DNA of 64,000 bases, taken from positions 313,286,001 to 313,350,000 of the forward strand of contig OZ024742.1 in the NCBI GenBank assembly GCA_964016885.1. The letters are read 5' to 3'. Position 1 is the first letter of the stretch. Each line of letters starts with the position of its first letter. Under the pieces are notes generated by a model. That model made no database searches. It saw only the letters and a program-made list of their open reading frames with translations, and had not been told where the DNA came from. Below are positions 28,257 through 42,526 of this stretch, one piece after another. The translations under genes were made by a program, and so were the position numbers. Source of the DNA: Eledone cirrhosa. Taxonomy: Eukaryota.

Positions 28257-29734
28257 AGTCCTGAATAAAACAATTGCCACAATAATATCAGCTTACACAC
28301 CCCAATCGGGGTTGCCAGACGAACTTAAGGATAGGTTTTACGAGTCCCTAATGCACACTACTGCCCTAACAAACGACAATGACTTCCTAATCATTGCAGG
28401 AGATTTTAACAGACACGTAGGTAAACACCGTGACAGCTTCTATAGAGTCCATGGAGGCTGCGGGTTTGGCACAAGAAATGAAGAAGGCTTCAAGCTTTTA
28501 GAATTCTGCGACGCTAATGACATGTCGATATGTGACACAAACTTCAAAAAACCCGACAACCATCTGATCACCTATAGATCAGGGGAGCATTCTAGTCAGA
28601 TAGATTTTATCCTCATCAGAGGACGTGACAAGTGGACGGTCGTGAACACAAAAGCCTTCCCTAGTGAGGAATGTACCTCCCAACATAACTTAGTTGTCAG
28701 AGACCTCACTATCAGAATTAGACGAACTTGGAAACAGAAGGCAATCTGGAGAAGAAAGATCTAGAAGCTGAAAGACCCCTCAGCCAGTAACAGATTTAAA
28801 GATATTTTACTCGACGCCTACGACAGTAAAGAAGAACAGATAGAGACATTCAATGTAGAAGAGCACTGGGAGTTCATAAAAAATAACTTACTAAAGGCGA
28901 CGGATGAGATCTGTGGTTGGAGCAAGACCACAGGCAGGAGGAGAGTGACTTGGTGGTGGAACAGTAAGGTAGATGAGGCAGTTAAGGCTAAGAGACAGGC
29001 ATGGAAAGAATGGAAGAACGGGGGAAGCAGGGTACATTACATAGAGACCAGGAGGGAAGCTAGATGACAAGTATACTTAGCTAGAAGAGAAGCGGAGGAT
29101 AGAAAATCCATGCATGTTTTGCAACGTGAGGACCAGAAACAGGAGGTGCTCAAGATTGCGCAGCAGTGTGTCAGAGAGAATTGTGATGACATTGGAGACA
29201 AGTGTATCTGGAAGGATAAAGGTGAGTTTGCCCTCACAAGTGCTGAGAAGAAAGATGCATGGAAGAGCCATTATGAAAGATTACTAAATGAGGAGAATGC
29301 ATGGGAAGAAGAGACCCTATTCCAAGTAGACCCTATAGAGGGGCCAGCAGTACAAGTCAGCAGCATCATGGTAAGTAAGGCAATCAAAGATATGAAGACG
29401 GGGAAGGCAACCAGTCCATCGGGTATAGCTGCCGAGATGTTGAAGGCATCTGGGTCGGTAGGTCACACCATAACAATACGTATCGTTAACCAGGTAATAC
29501 TAGAAGGTGTCATACCAAAGGATTGGTGCAGCAGCATCATTGTCAACTGCTACAAGGGTAAAGGTGATGCACTAGATAGAGGAAACTATAGAGGTATAAA
29601 GCTGATGGACCAGGTCATGAAAGTAACAGAAAGAGTAGATGATTAGGGACTGGGTGAAACTAGATGAAACTAGAGTAAGAACGGGATGGAAGAAATTCAG
29701 GGAGCTACTACCACTGCTAGCTGCAAAAGGGGTC
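28257..29734 (+). mobile_element. RTE LINE (family C) fragment with AP-endonuclease domain
   Basis: SAYTPQ, IIAGDFN, RNEEG, TNFKK, QIDFIL, SQHNLV, then the RT N-terminus (NYRGIKL); the RT core is deleted between two aaactaga microhomologies at ~29657-29675. Confidence 0.9.
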
Positions 29735-30064
29735 TTGAACAATTTCCTATTAGACACTCTATTACCCTAAGTATTGAGTACTCTGGTGCATCGTGGTCCA
29801 GCTGGTTCCTGACCACACTTCCTTTGTTATATGTATATATATATATATATATGTAGGCTTGTTTGTGAGAATGTTTATGGTTGCTTATATGTATGTAAGT
29901 GTTTGTTAGTGTGAACGTTCATATCTCTATGGTTTTTGTATGTTTATGTATATGTGTGTGTGTGTATCTGTATGTGTGTGTGTGTGTGTGTGTGTGTGCC
30001 TGTGTGTCTCTGAAGTATGTATATGTGTAAGCATCTATTGTATATGTGTAACCATTGCCACTAA

Positions 30065-33019
30065 GGGCATCACTATCATCCCCATCACCACCACCACCAC
30101 CACAACCACCACCATCACCACCACCACTACTACCACCACCACTATCACCACCACTACTATCACCACCACTATCACCACCACTACTACCAGCACCACTACT
30201 ACCACCACCACTATCATCCCCATCACCACCACCACCACCACAACCACCACCATCACCACCACCACTACTACCACCACCACTATCACCACCACTACTACCA
30301 CCACCACCACCACAACCACCACCATCACCACCACCACCACCATCATCATCATCACCACCACAACCATCATCATCACCACCACCACCACTACCACCACCAC
30401 TACTACCACCACCACTATCACCACCACTATCACCACCACTATCACCACCACCACTACCACCACCACTATCACCACCACTATCACCACCACTATCACCACC
30501 ACTATCACCACCACTACTACCTCCACCACTACTACCACCACCACTATCACCACCACTACTACCACCACCACTACTACCACCACGACTATCACCACCACTA
30601 CTACCACCACCACTACTACCACCACCACCACCACTACCACCACCACTACTACCACCACCACTACTATCACCACCACCACTACCACCACCACTATCACCAC
30701 CACTATCACCACCACTACTACCACCACACTACTACCACCACTACCACCACCACTACCACCACCACTATCACCACCTCTACCACCACCACTACTACTACCA
30801 CCACCACCACCACTATCACCACCACTACTACCACCACCACCACTACCACTACCACTACTACCACCACCACTACTATCACCACCACCACTACCACCACCAC
30901 TACCACCACCACTATCACCACCACTATCACCACCACTACTACCACCACTACCACCACCACTACCACCACCACTATCATCACCACTACTACCACCACCACT
31001 ACTACCACCACCACTACTACCACCACCACTACTACCACCACCACCACTATCACCACCACCACTACCATCACCACTACTACCACCACCACCACTACCTCCA
31101 CCACTACCACCACCACTATCACCACCACTATCACCACCACCACTACTACCACCACCACTACTACCACCACCACTACTACCACCACCACCACTATCACCAC
31201 CACCACTACCACCACCACTACTACCACCCCCACCACTACCACCACCACCACTATCACCACCACCACCACCATCACCACTACTACGACCACCACCACTACC
31301 ACCACCACCACTATCACCACCACCACTACCACCACCACTACTACCACCCCCACCACTACCACCACCACCACTATCACCACTACTACGACCACCACCACTA
31401 CCACCACCACTACCACCACCACTATCACCACCACTATCACCACCACCACTACTACCACCACCACTACTACCACCACCACTACTACCACCACCACCACTAT
31501 CACCACCACCACTACCACCACCACTATCACCACCACTATCACCACCACCACTACTACCACCACCACTACTACCACCACCACTACTACCACCACCACCACT
31601 ATCACCACCACCACTACCAACACCACTACTACCACCCCCACCACTACCACCACCACCACTATCACCACCACCATCACCACTACTACGACCACCACCACTA
31701 CCACCACCACCACTATCACCACCACCACTACCACCACCAATACTACCACCCCCACCACTACCACCACCACCACTATCACCACCACCACTACCACCACCAC
31801 TACTACCACCCCCACCACTACCACCACCACCACCATCACCACTACTACGACCACCACCACTACCACCACCACCACTACCACCACCACTACTACCACCACC
31901 ACCACTATCACCACCACCACTACCATCACCACTACTACCACCACCACCACTACCTCCACCACTACCACCACCACTACCACCACCACTACTACCACCACCA
32001 CTACTACCACCACCACCACTATCACCACCACCACTACCATCACCACTACTACCACCACCACCACTACCTCCACCACCACTACCACCACCACTACCACCAC
32101 TACCACTATCACCACCACCACTACTACCACCACCACCACTACGACCACCACTACTACCACCACCACCACTACGACCACCACTACTACCACCACCACTACT
32201 ACCACCACCACCACTACCACCACCACCAATATCACCACCACTACCACCACCACTACTACCACCACCACTACCACCACCACCACCACTATCACCACCACCA
32301 CTACCATCACCACTACTACCACCACCACCACTACCTCCACCACTACCACCACCACTACCACCACCACCACTACCACCACCACTACCACCACTACCACTAT
32401 CACCACCACCACTACTACCACCACCACCACTACGACCACCACTACTACCACCACCACCACTACGACCACCACTACTACCACCACCACTACTACCACCACC
32501 ACCACTACCACCACCACCAATATCACCACCACTACCACCACCACTACTACCACCACCACTATCACCACCACTATCACCACCACCACTACCACCACCACTA
32601 TCACCACCACTATCACCACCACTACTACCACCACCACTACCACCACCACTATCACCACTACTACCACCACCACTACCACCACTACCACCACCAATATCAC
32701 CACCACTACCACCACCACTATCACCACCACTATCACCACCACCACTACCACCACCACTATCACCACCACTATCACCACCACTACTACCACCACCACTACC
32801 ACCACTACCACCACCACTATCACCACTACTACCACCACCACTACCACCACTACCACCACCAATATCACCACCACTACCACCACCACTATCACCACCACTA
32901 CTACCACCACCACTACCACCACCACTATCACTACAACCTCAACATCTCTTCAGCATCATTGTCATCATCATCATAAGCAGTAACAGTATTACTTGTATAG
33001 CCACTGTTATCACTATCTC

Positions 33020-33097
<78 letters not shown>

Positions 33098-33101
33098 CCA
33101 C

Positions 33102-33154
<53 letters not shown>

Positions 33155-33690
33155 CCATCACCATCATCATCATCATGTCATGAACCTCAATAGGATGACC
33201 CACAATTATTGTTATTAACCTTATCATCATCACCATCACCCCCGGCACCCTCATTACCATCATACCCAACATTACCTTCATCACCATCATCCTCATCATC
33301 AACATCATCACCATCAGCATCCTCATCATCATAAGCAGCATCACCATCATCATCATCATTACCACCACCATCATCATCACCGTCATCACCACCATCATCA
33401 TCACCACCATCAACACCATCATCACCACCATCATCATCACCACCATCATCACCATCATCACCATCATCATCACCACCATTATCACCATCATCACCACAAT
33501 CATCACCATCATCACCACCATCATCACCACCATCATCACCATAATCACCACCATTATCACCATCATCACCACCATCAACACCATCATCACCATAATCACC
33601 ACCATCATCACCATCATCACCACCATCATCACCATCATCACCATCATCACTATCATCACCACCATCATCACCATCACCATCAGCATCACA
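30065..33690. repeat. (CCA/CTA)n then (CAT)n trinucleotide array
   Basis: Direct reading; explains the poly-P/T/H/V ORFs. Confidence 0.96.
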
Positions 33691-34335
33691 TTAGTGTTAT
33701 CTATCTCATTACTTATTGTCAATATGATTCTATTGTTTCAGTTTTTGTTGTCCAAATGTCAAAGTAAGTAGAGAAGTCTGTAAATATTGTCATTTAAACA
33801 TTCCTAGTGTCGATAATTTTGGAGTTCTTGAAGCACTTAGATTTACTCCAAAGATAATATTAAATGTCTTTATTGTACAAAGACACACACATACAAAGAG
33901 ATACTGATATACATGTATGTATAACCCAAGCTAGCATGGAAAATGGACATTAAATGACGATGAAGATGTTGATGTATACACAAATACATTCCCATATATA
34001 TGTGATGTTTCCTTGAGCAAGACACTTTATTTCACATTGCTCCAGTTTACTCAGCTGTAGAAATGAGATGATTGGACTGGGGTCCCTATCATTCCACTGT
34101 AAAGTGATCGTGAAGATGCCACGGCAAAAAAGCACCCAGCCCACACTGTAAAGTGGACGTGTAGGTGCCACGGCAAAAAAGCACCCAGCACTCACTGTAA
34201 ATGAGGTTGGTATTAGGAAGGGCATCCAGCTGTAGAAATCAAGCCAGAATCAGTTCCCGTCCCACCCTTGCAAGCAGGGAAAAGCGGACGTAAAATGATG
34301 ATGATGATGATGATGATGATGATATGTATAGGGAG

Positions 34336-35326
34336 CAGAGGTGTAACTAGGGTATGGCAAGCTTGGAATGTGCCATGGGCGCCACATGAAGGTGGCACCA
34401 CTTGGACTAGGAGCACATTCTATTAAAGTCAAATAAGCTGTGTTGGAGAGTGAACAAAGAAACTCCTTCAGATGTATAATCTGTCTTTGATTATCATAGG
34501 TGAGAACACTATGGTGGCTGAATCAGTAAAGCCTTGTTTCAGGGGGTACCAGGGGACAAGTCCCCCCCCCCCCACACACACACACACACTTTTTCAGGAA
34601 CAGTGGACAAACCATCTTTTGTCCCCCCTACTTTTTCCCTATTAAAATACAAAAAAAAACCTACTAACAAGTCATACATATGTATAATACATATTTTTAC
34701 ATGTTTATTTGTGTGCATATATTTATATGAATATATATAGACCCTAAGTTGCAATCGGTATTGAATTTCATTCGTTAGATATTTGCATCCATTTGCTAAA
34801 AATTAAAAATGTTGTTTATTTGATATAATAAATTCTTTTTAAGCTTATTTTTTCATTTGAATATATAAAATTTAATTAGCATAAAATTTTGCTTATGTGA
34901 TTGGGTCCGGGAAAGGTACCATAAGCAATACTAACATGCTCCTTTAAGAATCAACAAATGTTGGTTTGTCCCCCTCACATTTTTAAGACAAACAAGACCC
35001 CTGCATTAAAGCATTTATATAGAGTGGCTACTGAAAGACTGAATGATATAAAACAAAAATAACTTTTACAAACACATGGTTTTTTATCTTTTTATTATTC
35101 TATTTGGAAATATAAGTAATGGATTTTTTTCAGTATTATGTTTGAAAAACAAGGGATGCTCTATAACCTGCAAAAAAAGAAAGAAAATAAAAAAGATTGA
35201 AAACGAACAAGTTTTTCATTGGCCATCCTGTATAAATTATTAGGCCCATAGGTAAATGTATAGTGCTGGACTCGGGCGAAATGTCACTGCTTGTCATAGA
35301 CACTATTTTTCCTAGTTATGCCTCTG
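34336..35326. mobile_element. non-autonomous hAT element with a nested second hAT-like MITE (~34532-35003)
   Basis: TIR cagaggtgtaactagg / cctagttatgcctctg with 8-bp TSD atagggag/acagggag. The nested element ends aaacaagacccctg and has a candidate TSD cagtaaag/cattaaag. Confidence 0.7.
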
Positions 35327-36295
35327 ACAGGGAGAGAATGATAGAGAAATTAAATATAGTTTTATAAAAATAAACATATACACATATTTGCATGCATATA
35401 CACAAAACATACCCAGTATATGCTGTAAAGTAGTTGGTGATAGGAAGAGCATCCAGCTGTAGAAAACTTGTCAAATAAAGGGTTGGGAGGACCCTCCAGT
35501 TGAGTCAAGGACATGACAACCTCCTTAGTGTAGGTGATCTACATGACAAAAGCACCTGGTACAACACTGTAAAGCGGTTGGGGTTAAGAAGGACATTCAG
35601 CCATAGAAAGCTTGCCAAGCAAAAGATTGGGAGGATCCTCAAGTTGTGTCAAAGTCATGACAACCTCTCTAGTGTCAGTGCCATGATAAAATACACTTCA
35701 TAGAATGTGGAACCGTATGTAAGCGAGATGTAAATCCCTCAGCCTGTCTTAGAGGTTCTAGAAAGAAAACTCTGATGTAAAATCTGTATCTCAATGGCAT
35801 CCAATGATGTTGGCCTGTTCTTCTTTTTGGAAACCTGTTCAGAGAGTTTGATTGATCCAGTGCAAGGCCTTTCTTCACTTAAAAAAGCTTCAAGCTCAGG
35901 CATCACTTGATCTAAACAACTTCTACGTACGTTGAGTGAACATGGCCTTTTCTTTTTTCGTTTGCCGCAGCATATACAGAAAAGAATCTAAGTCATTGGC
36001 AAGGCTAAATGGTCATGTCCGTGCCACCCATATATAAGAAAAAGGTCAAGGGATAGCCATTGTGTATGCATATTATGGCAGGTCGCCCTCAAGTGCTACT
36101 GGTAACATGTAACCCAGTCAACTTGTCTCATGGTTGGGTCGTCAGCGACTAAACTAAACCAGAAACCTCCTTGGTGAGGAGGGTGATATTTGGACACCCT
36201 ATGGGATGAAATACAAGACCCAGCAAAAGGCGAAAGAAATCAGTAGAGTCAGCGGCCATCCAAATAGTAGTCTTTTTTGTTGTTTTTTTTCACCT

Positions 36296-36605
36296 GGGAG
36301 AGAAAGGTCCCAGTTGTTATCACAACACCTTTCTAGGAGAGGGAAACTCTGAAAAAAAACCTGCGGTTTCAGAAGCATCTGATGATGTTGACCAGTTCTC
36401 CTTTTCGGGTAGTGTTTTCGATGCTCAGAGAGTGGGATTGGTTGAGTGCAAGGCCTTTCCCTACTTAAAAAAACCTTCAAAGCACAGACATTGTTTGTTC
36501 AGGATATGTTACAGGTTTATGTGGCTGGCCGTAGCCTAAAAATGCACTAAACTCTATAATCTGACAAGCAATTGCAATACTTTTTTCAGAGTTTGCAGCC
36601 ATCAT
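36296..36605 (-). mobile_element. unclassified ~320-bp interspersed repeat associated with (ACAT)n
   Basis: Reverse complement aligns by eye with 50082-50400; a partial older copy lies at ~35750-35900. Confidence 0.7.
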
Positions 36606-37138
36606 GCATGTATGTATGTACGTACATATGTATGTAATGTATGTATGTATGTAGGTAGGTATGTATGTATGCAACTATGCAAGTATGTATGTACATATAT
36701 TAATGTTGAATTGTTGATTTATAGGTATATAAGTAACAAGAAACATTTACTAATGTGGTGACACCACACTTGTGGTAGACTCGTATTGATATTCATAGTA
36801 TGAGATATATATAATATATATGCATACACACACTCACAAATATAGACATATAAAGATGTATATGAACCCAAATACAGTATATTTATATATGGTAAACACA
36901 CACACACACACACACGCACACATGGATATATGTGTATACATGTGTATATGTGTGTAGAAAATGAGAGAAAAAGAGATGATAGACAGATGGTTAGACAGCC
37001 AGACAGATCGATAGAGATAAAGAGAGAATTAGAAAGACATATTCCTTTTTTACATTTATATATATTTTAACACACATGCATACATACATACATATACATA
37101 CATGCACACATTCATACATATTCACTCATGTAAACACA

Positions 37139-37185
<47 letters not shown>

Positions 37186-37186
37186 T

Positions 37187-37265
<79 letters not shown>

Positions 37266-37266
37266 T

Positions 37267-37339
<73 letters not shown>

Positions 37340-37373
37340 CATCATCATCATTTTATGTCCGCTTTTCCCTGCT

Positions 37374-37406
<33 letters not shown>

Positions 37407-37412
<6 letters not shown>

Positions 37413-40323
37413 TGAAACAAAATGAAAACGAAATTTCATTTCTCACTCTTAGTATGGCACTTACTTAAATGTAATTATGCATGTATACGTACATACATAT
37501 ATGTATACAGACGTACAGTAGCATGCACATATATATATATATATATACATATATATATACATATGCATACAGGTACACATACATATATGCACGTATCAGT
37601 TTAGCGGCGCTTATTATAACGTCGCTTTGTTCGTTTGTAAACAAACTGAACAGCCTGAATTTATGCCATACGGTGTTAAGGCAACCACGTCACCTTTTTG
37701 TTCAACACTAACACAGGAACGATGTACTAGTTTCAAGCTTGTTAGCTATCATCAGCACCGTTTACCCATCTGCCAGATAGTTGAACGTTCGAAAGTATGT
37801 ACTTTCCTTATGAAAATTAACGGCTGAGCAGCCTAATTTGCATATTGAGTGAGTTAAATCGGTCAGGCATACCGAAAACGATAAATTGAAACAAAATGAA
37901 AACGAAATTTCATTTCTCACTCTTAGTATGGCACTTACTTAAATGTAATTATGCATGTATACGTACATACATATATGTATACAGACGTACAGTAGCATGC
38001 ACATATATATATATATATATACATATATATATACATATGCATACAGGTACACATACATATATGCACGTATCAGTTTAGCGGCGCTTATTATAACGTCGCT
38101 TTGTTCGTTTGTAAACAAACTGAACAGCCTGAATTTATGCCATACGGTGTTAAGGCAACCACGTCACCTTTTTGTTCAACACTAACACAGGAACGATGTA
38201 CTAGTTTCAAGCTTGTTAGCTATCATCAGCACCGTTTACCCATCTGCCAGATAGTTGAACGTTCGAAAGTATGTACTTTCCTTATGAAAATTAACGGCTG
38301 AGCAGCCTAATTTGCATATTGAGTGAGTTAAATCGGTCAGGCATACCGAAAACGATAAATTGAAACAAAATGAAAACGAAATTTCATTTCTCACTCTTAG
38401 TATGGCACTTACTTAAATGTAATTATGCATGTATACGTACATACATATATGTATACAGACGTACAGTAGCATGCACATATATATATATATATATACATAT
38501 ATATATACATATGCATACAGGTACACATACATATATGCACGTATCAGTTTAGCGGCGCTTATTATAACGTCGCTTTGTTCGTTTGTAAACAAACTGAACA
38601 GCCTGAATTTATGCCATACGGTGTTAAGGCAACCACGTCACCTTTTTGTTCAACACTAACACAGGAACGATGTACTAGTTTCAAGCTTGTTAGCTATCAT
38701 CAGCACCGTTTACCCATCTGCCAGATAGTTGAACGTTCGAAAGTATGTACTTTCCTTATGAAAATTAACGGCTGAGCAGCCTAATTTGCATATTGAGTGA
38801 GTTAAATCGGTCAGGCATACCGAAAACGATAAATTGAAACAAAATGAAAACGAAATTTCATTTCTCACTCTTAGTATGGCACTTACTTAAATGTAATTAT
38901 GCATGTATACGTACATACATATATGTATACAGACGTACAGTAGCATGCACATATATATATATATATATACATATATATATACATATGCATACAGGTACAC
39001 ATACATATATGCACGTATCAGTTTAGCGGCGCTTATTATAACGTCGCTTTGTTCGTTTGTAAACAAACTGAACAGCCTGAATTTATGCCATACGGTGTTA
39101 AGGCAACCACGTCACCTTTTTGTTCAACACTAACACAGGAACGATGTACTAGTTTCAAGCTTGTTAGCTATCATCAGCACCGTTTACCCATCTGCCAGAT
39201 AGTTGAACGTTCGAAAGTATGTACTTTCCTTATGAAAATTAACGGCTGAGCAGCCTAATTTGCATATTGAGTGAGTTAAATCGGTCAGGCATACCGAAAA
39301 CGATAAATTGAAACAAAATGAAAACGAAATTTCATTTCTCACTCTTAGTATGGCACTTACTTAAATGTAATTATGCATGTATACGTACATACATATATGT
39401 ATACAGACGTACAGTAGCATGCACATATATATATATATATATACATATATATATACATATGCATACAGGTACACATACATATATGCACGTATCAGTTTAG
39501 CGGCGCTTATTATAACGTCGCTTTGTTCGTTTGTAAACAAACTGAACAGCCTGAATTTATGCCATACGGTGTTAAGGCAACCACGTCACCTTTTTGTTCA
39601 ACACTAACACAGGAACGATGTACTAGTTTCAAGCTTGTTAGCTATCATCAGCACCGTTTACCCATCTGCCAGATAGTTGAACGTTCGAAAGTATGTACTT
39701 TCCTTATGAAAATTAACGGCTGAGCAGCCTAATTTGCATATTGAGTGAGTTAAATCGGTCAGGCATACCGAAAACGATAAATTGAAACAAAATGAAAACG
39801 AAATTTCATTTCTCACTCTTAGTATGGCACTTACTTAAATGTAATTATGCATGTATACGTACATACATATATGTATACAGACGTACAGTAGCATGCACAT
39901 ATATATATATATATATACATATATATATACATATGCATACAGGTACACATACATATATGCACGTATCAGTTTAGCGGCGCTTATTATAACGTCGCTTTGT
40001 TCGTTTGTAAACAAACTGAACAGCCTGAATTTATGCCATACGGTGTTAAGGCAACCACGTCACCTTTTTGTTCAACACTAACACAGGAACGATGTACTAG
40101 TTTCAAGCTTGTTAGCTATCATCAGCACCGTTTACCCATCTGCCAGATAGTTGAACGTTCGAAAGTATGTACTTTCCTTATGAAAATTAACGGCTGAGCA
40201 GCCTAATTTGCATATTGAGTGAGTTAAATCGGTCAGGCATACCGAAAACGATAAATTGAAACAAAATGAAAACGAAATTTCATTTCTCACTCTTAGTATG
40301 GCACTTACTTAAATGTAATTATG
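37407..40323 (-). repeat. 474-bp tandem array (at least 6.15 units), one hammerhead ribozyme per unit; retrozyme-like
   Basis: Units start at 37407, 37881, 38355, 38829, 39303, 39777 and 40251. The ORF track repeats identical peptides every 474 bp. The array is cut by the N-gap. Confidence 0.95.
37718..37762 (-). ncRNA. type I hammerhead ribozyme of the 474-bp unit (also at 38192, 38666, 39140, 39614, 40088)
   Basis: aacggtg-CTGATGA-t-agc taacaa gct-t-GAAAC-ta-GTA/catcgtt; 7-bp stem I, palindromic ACTAGT stem III. Confidence 0.92.
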
Positions 40324-40523
40324 NNNNNNNNNNNNNNNNNNNNNNNNNNNNNNNNNNNNNNNNNNNNNNNNNNNNNNNNNNNNNNNNNNNNNNNNNNNNN
40401 NNNNNNNNNNNNNNNNNNNNNNNNNNNNNNNNNNNNNNNNNNNNNNNNNNNNNNNNNNNNNNNNNNNNNNNNNNNNNNNNNNNNNNNNNNNNNNNNNNNN
40501 NNNNNNNNNNNNNNNNNNNNNNN
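40324..40523. other. assembly gap (200 N)
   Basis: Run of N. Confidence 1.
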
Positions 40524-41089
40524 TTTTTTCTTCTTCTTCAAATCACATTATCTTCTCTTTCTTTTTCTTATTTCTTTCACTCATAACTATCCCATCTCTC
40601 TCTCCTCTCTTTCTCCCCCCTCTTTCTTGTACTAATCCTCCTCTCTCTCTCTCTCTCTTATACTAACCTCTCTCTCTTTCTCTTTACTTCTCTCTTATGA
40701 ATAAACAGAAAGTTCTTTCAATATGATACCATGTATGATTTTGGTGTATTTAACTCGGTTGACTTTGCATGTAGAATCTAAAAGTAGTGAATTCTAGTTG
40801 AAGTGGGTATACCTGGCCCGAACAGTCGACCATGTAGGTCAGAACAGCCTAGCCAGCTTGGATGTGAGTGAATTTCTTATATTTATAAGGGCTCAGTCTC
40901 CAGAAAACATTAAACAGATAGCCTTTCCTTTTAATCAAAAGCAGCAATTCAGATTTCAACATGTGAGCTAAAACAAGGAATTGGTACCTAAGTTAGCCTG
41001 ATAAGGTTAAAGGTCAGTGTGTGTTCATATGTGAATATTTGAAGAATCTCATTGAAGTTTTCCTTCATTCGTATAGATACTTCAGGACA

Positions 41090-41305
41090 ACAAGAAGCTT
41101 TTCATTGATCCTATATTCCTACAGAATCTTCCACAAGTTCTGTTGGATAACATCTATGTGCTTGGCTGGTCTCACTTGGGGATCTAGTCGGATCAATTGG
41201 AGATGGTTGCTTCTGACAGGACCTGCTGGAAGGCGTGCTGCAGGACTTTACCACCACAACCCTCACAGGAATAAGTGGCAAAGAAGAAGGAGGAGGAGGA
41301 GGATA
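41090..41305 (+). mobile_element. possible old LINE 3' end
   Basis: One frame reads QLEMVASDRTCWK (RTE-like C-terminus), followed by a (gaa/gga)n tail. Confidence 0.35.
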
Positions 41306-41600
41306 AACTAGTTGACCCCCCCCCCGCCTCCTCATCTAACATTGTTTTCACAAAACGCACTTCCACTACTGATTATCTCACCATGGTAACAGACATTTTG
41401 AACTATTTCTAGGGAACTTTCTAGGCATTTTAGGGGGTGTTCTTACTGTTAACTATTTATGTACATTTATCATGTATGAAATTCTCTGTCAACCTATCCA
41501 ATATCCCAGTCCTTCTCTATACCCATTGATTGTACTGGGTACACATAATAGAGTACTTCTCTCTCTATATATATATGTGTGTGTGTATATGGTGTGTATG

Positions 41601-41870
41601 AAGGCACATGGCTTAGTGGTAAGGGTGTTGGATTTATGATAGTAATGTCGTAGGTTCGATTTCTGGGCTAGGTTGCGTGTTGTTTTCTTGAGCAAAACAC
41701 TTCATTTCACATTGCTCCAGCATATTCAACTGAAAATGAGTACCAGCAATAGCTGGGAGTTTAACTCTGCGATGGACTGGTGTCCTGTCCATGGGGGAGT
41801 CTTGTACTCTCAGTCGCTTCACACCAAGAAACCAGGTTAAGCGCCGGCCTAACAAGTCTTCTGGCTTAAG
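41601..41870 (+). mobile_element. tRNA-derived CORE-like SINE
   Basis: A box tggcttagtgg, B box ggttcgatttc, core ttcttgagcaaaacacttcatttcac; a related head is at 45246-45590. Confidence 0.8.
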
Positions 41871-42012
41871 ACTTTAGACTATATTAGACTAGACTTTTAT
41901 GTATGAAATGTTTCTCTGTCAACCTATTCAATATTGCAATCCTTCTGTGTACCATTGATTGCACAAGGTACACATTGTACAATGCTCTCTCTCTCTATAT
42001 ATATATATATAT

Positions 42013-42192
42013 CGAAGGAAGTGTGGTAAGGAACCAGAAGGACCATAATGCACCAGAGTACTCAATACTTAGGGTAGTAGAGTGGGTAATAGGAAAATGT
42101 TTAACCCCGACGGCAGAGCTCAAGCCGTTTTGGACTCAGAGTCCAGAAATAGCCGTCGAAACGGCTTGAGCTCTGCCATCGGGGTTAAACAT

Positions 42193-42196
<4 letters not shown>
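42013..42196. mobile_element. (TA)n-embedded fold-back element; family also at 29735-29830 and 53363-53525
   Basis: Shared ggaaRtgtggtaaggaaccag..gtactcaatacttagggta; arms 42093-42130 / 42159-42196. Confidence 0.8.
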
Positions 42197-42247
<51 letters not shown>

Positions 42248-42312
42248 TGAAAAAGAACAAAGGAACTATTATGACATTATAACAAGTTTATTGCCGACAA
42301 TCACATGTTATA

Positions 42313-42359
42313 TGCCTTGATAAGTCCCACCATGGGGTCGGACGAAACGGTTGTCGGCA
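42313..42359 (+). ncRNA. hammerhead ribozyme with U3-A8 variant core, inside fold-back element 42241-42515
   Basis: tgcc-TTGATAA-gtcc..ggac-GAAAC-ggtt-GTC/ggca; flanked by ~59-bp perfect inverted arms. Confidence 0.8.
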
Positions 42360-42526
42360 ATAAACTTGTTATAATGTCATAATAGTTCCTTTGTTCTTTT
42401 TCACTAATATTTCTGCTCTGCGTATACGTATAGAGCTTAACTAGCTACCGTCACATATTTGGTAAGTCAGACGTGATCATCACGATTCACATACGACCTA
42501 CCATACATCTTACTTATATATATATA

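Noticed and set aside
29940-33218. 1092-aa Pro-rich 'extensin/formin-like' and poly-His ORFs
   Set aside because: (CCA/CTA)n lacks stop codons in several frames; one indel switches poly-T to poly-P, as expected for non-coding repeat.
37422-40197. Repeated 60-76-aa ORFs in the 474-bp unit as a peptide gene array
   Set aside because: They are short, overlapping, partly microsatellite-derived and have no recognisable motif; the clear structured feature is the opposite-strand HHR.
37407-40323. 5S rRNA, snRNA or tRNA tandem gene cluster
   Set aside because: I could not recognise 5S, U snRNA, SL RNA or tRNA sequence, or Pol III boxes, in the unit.
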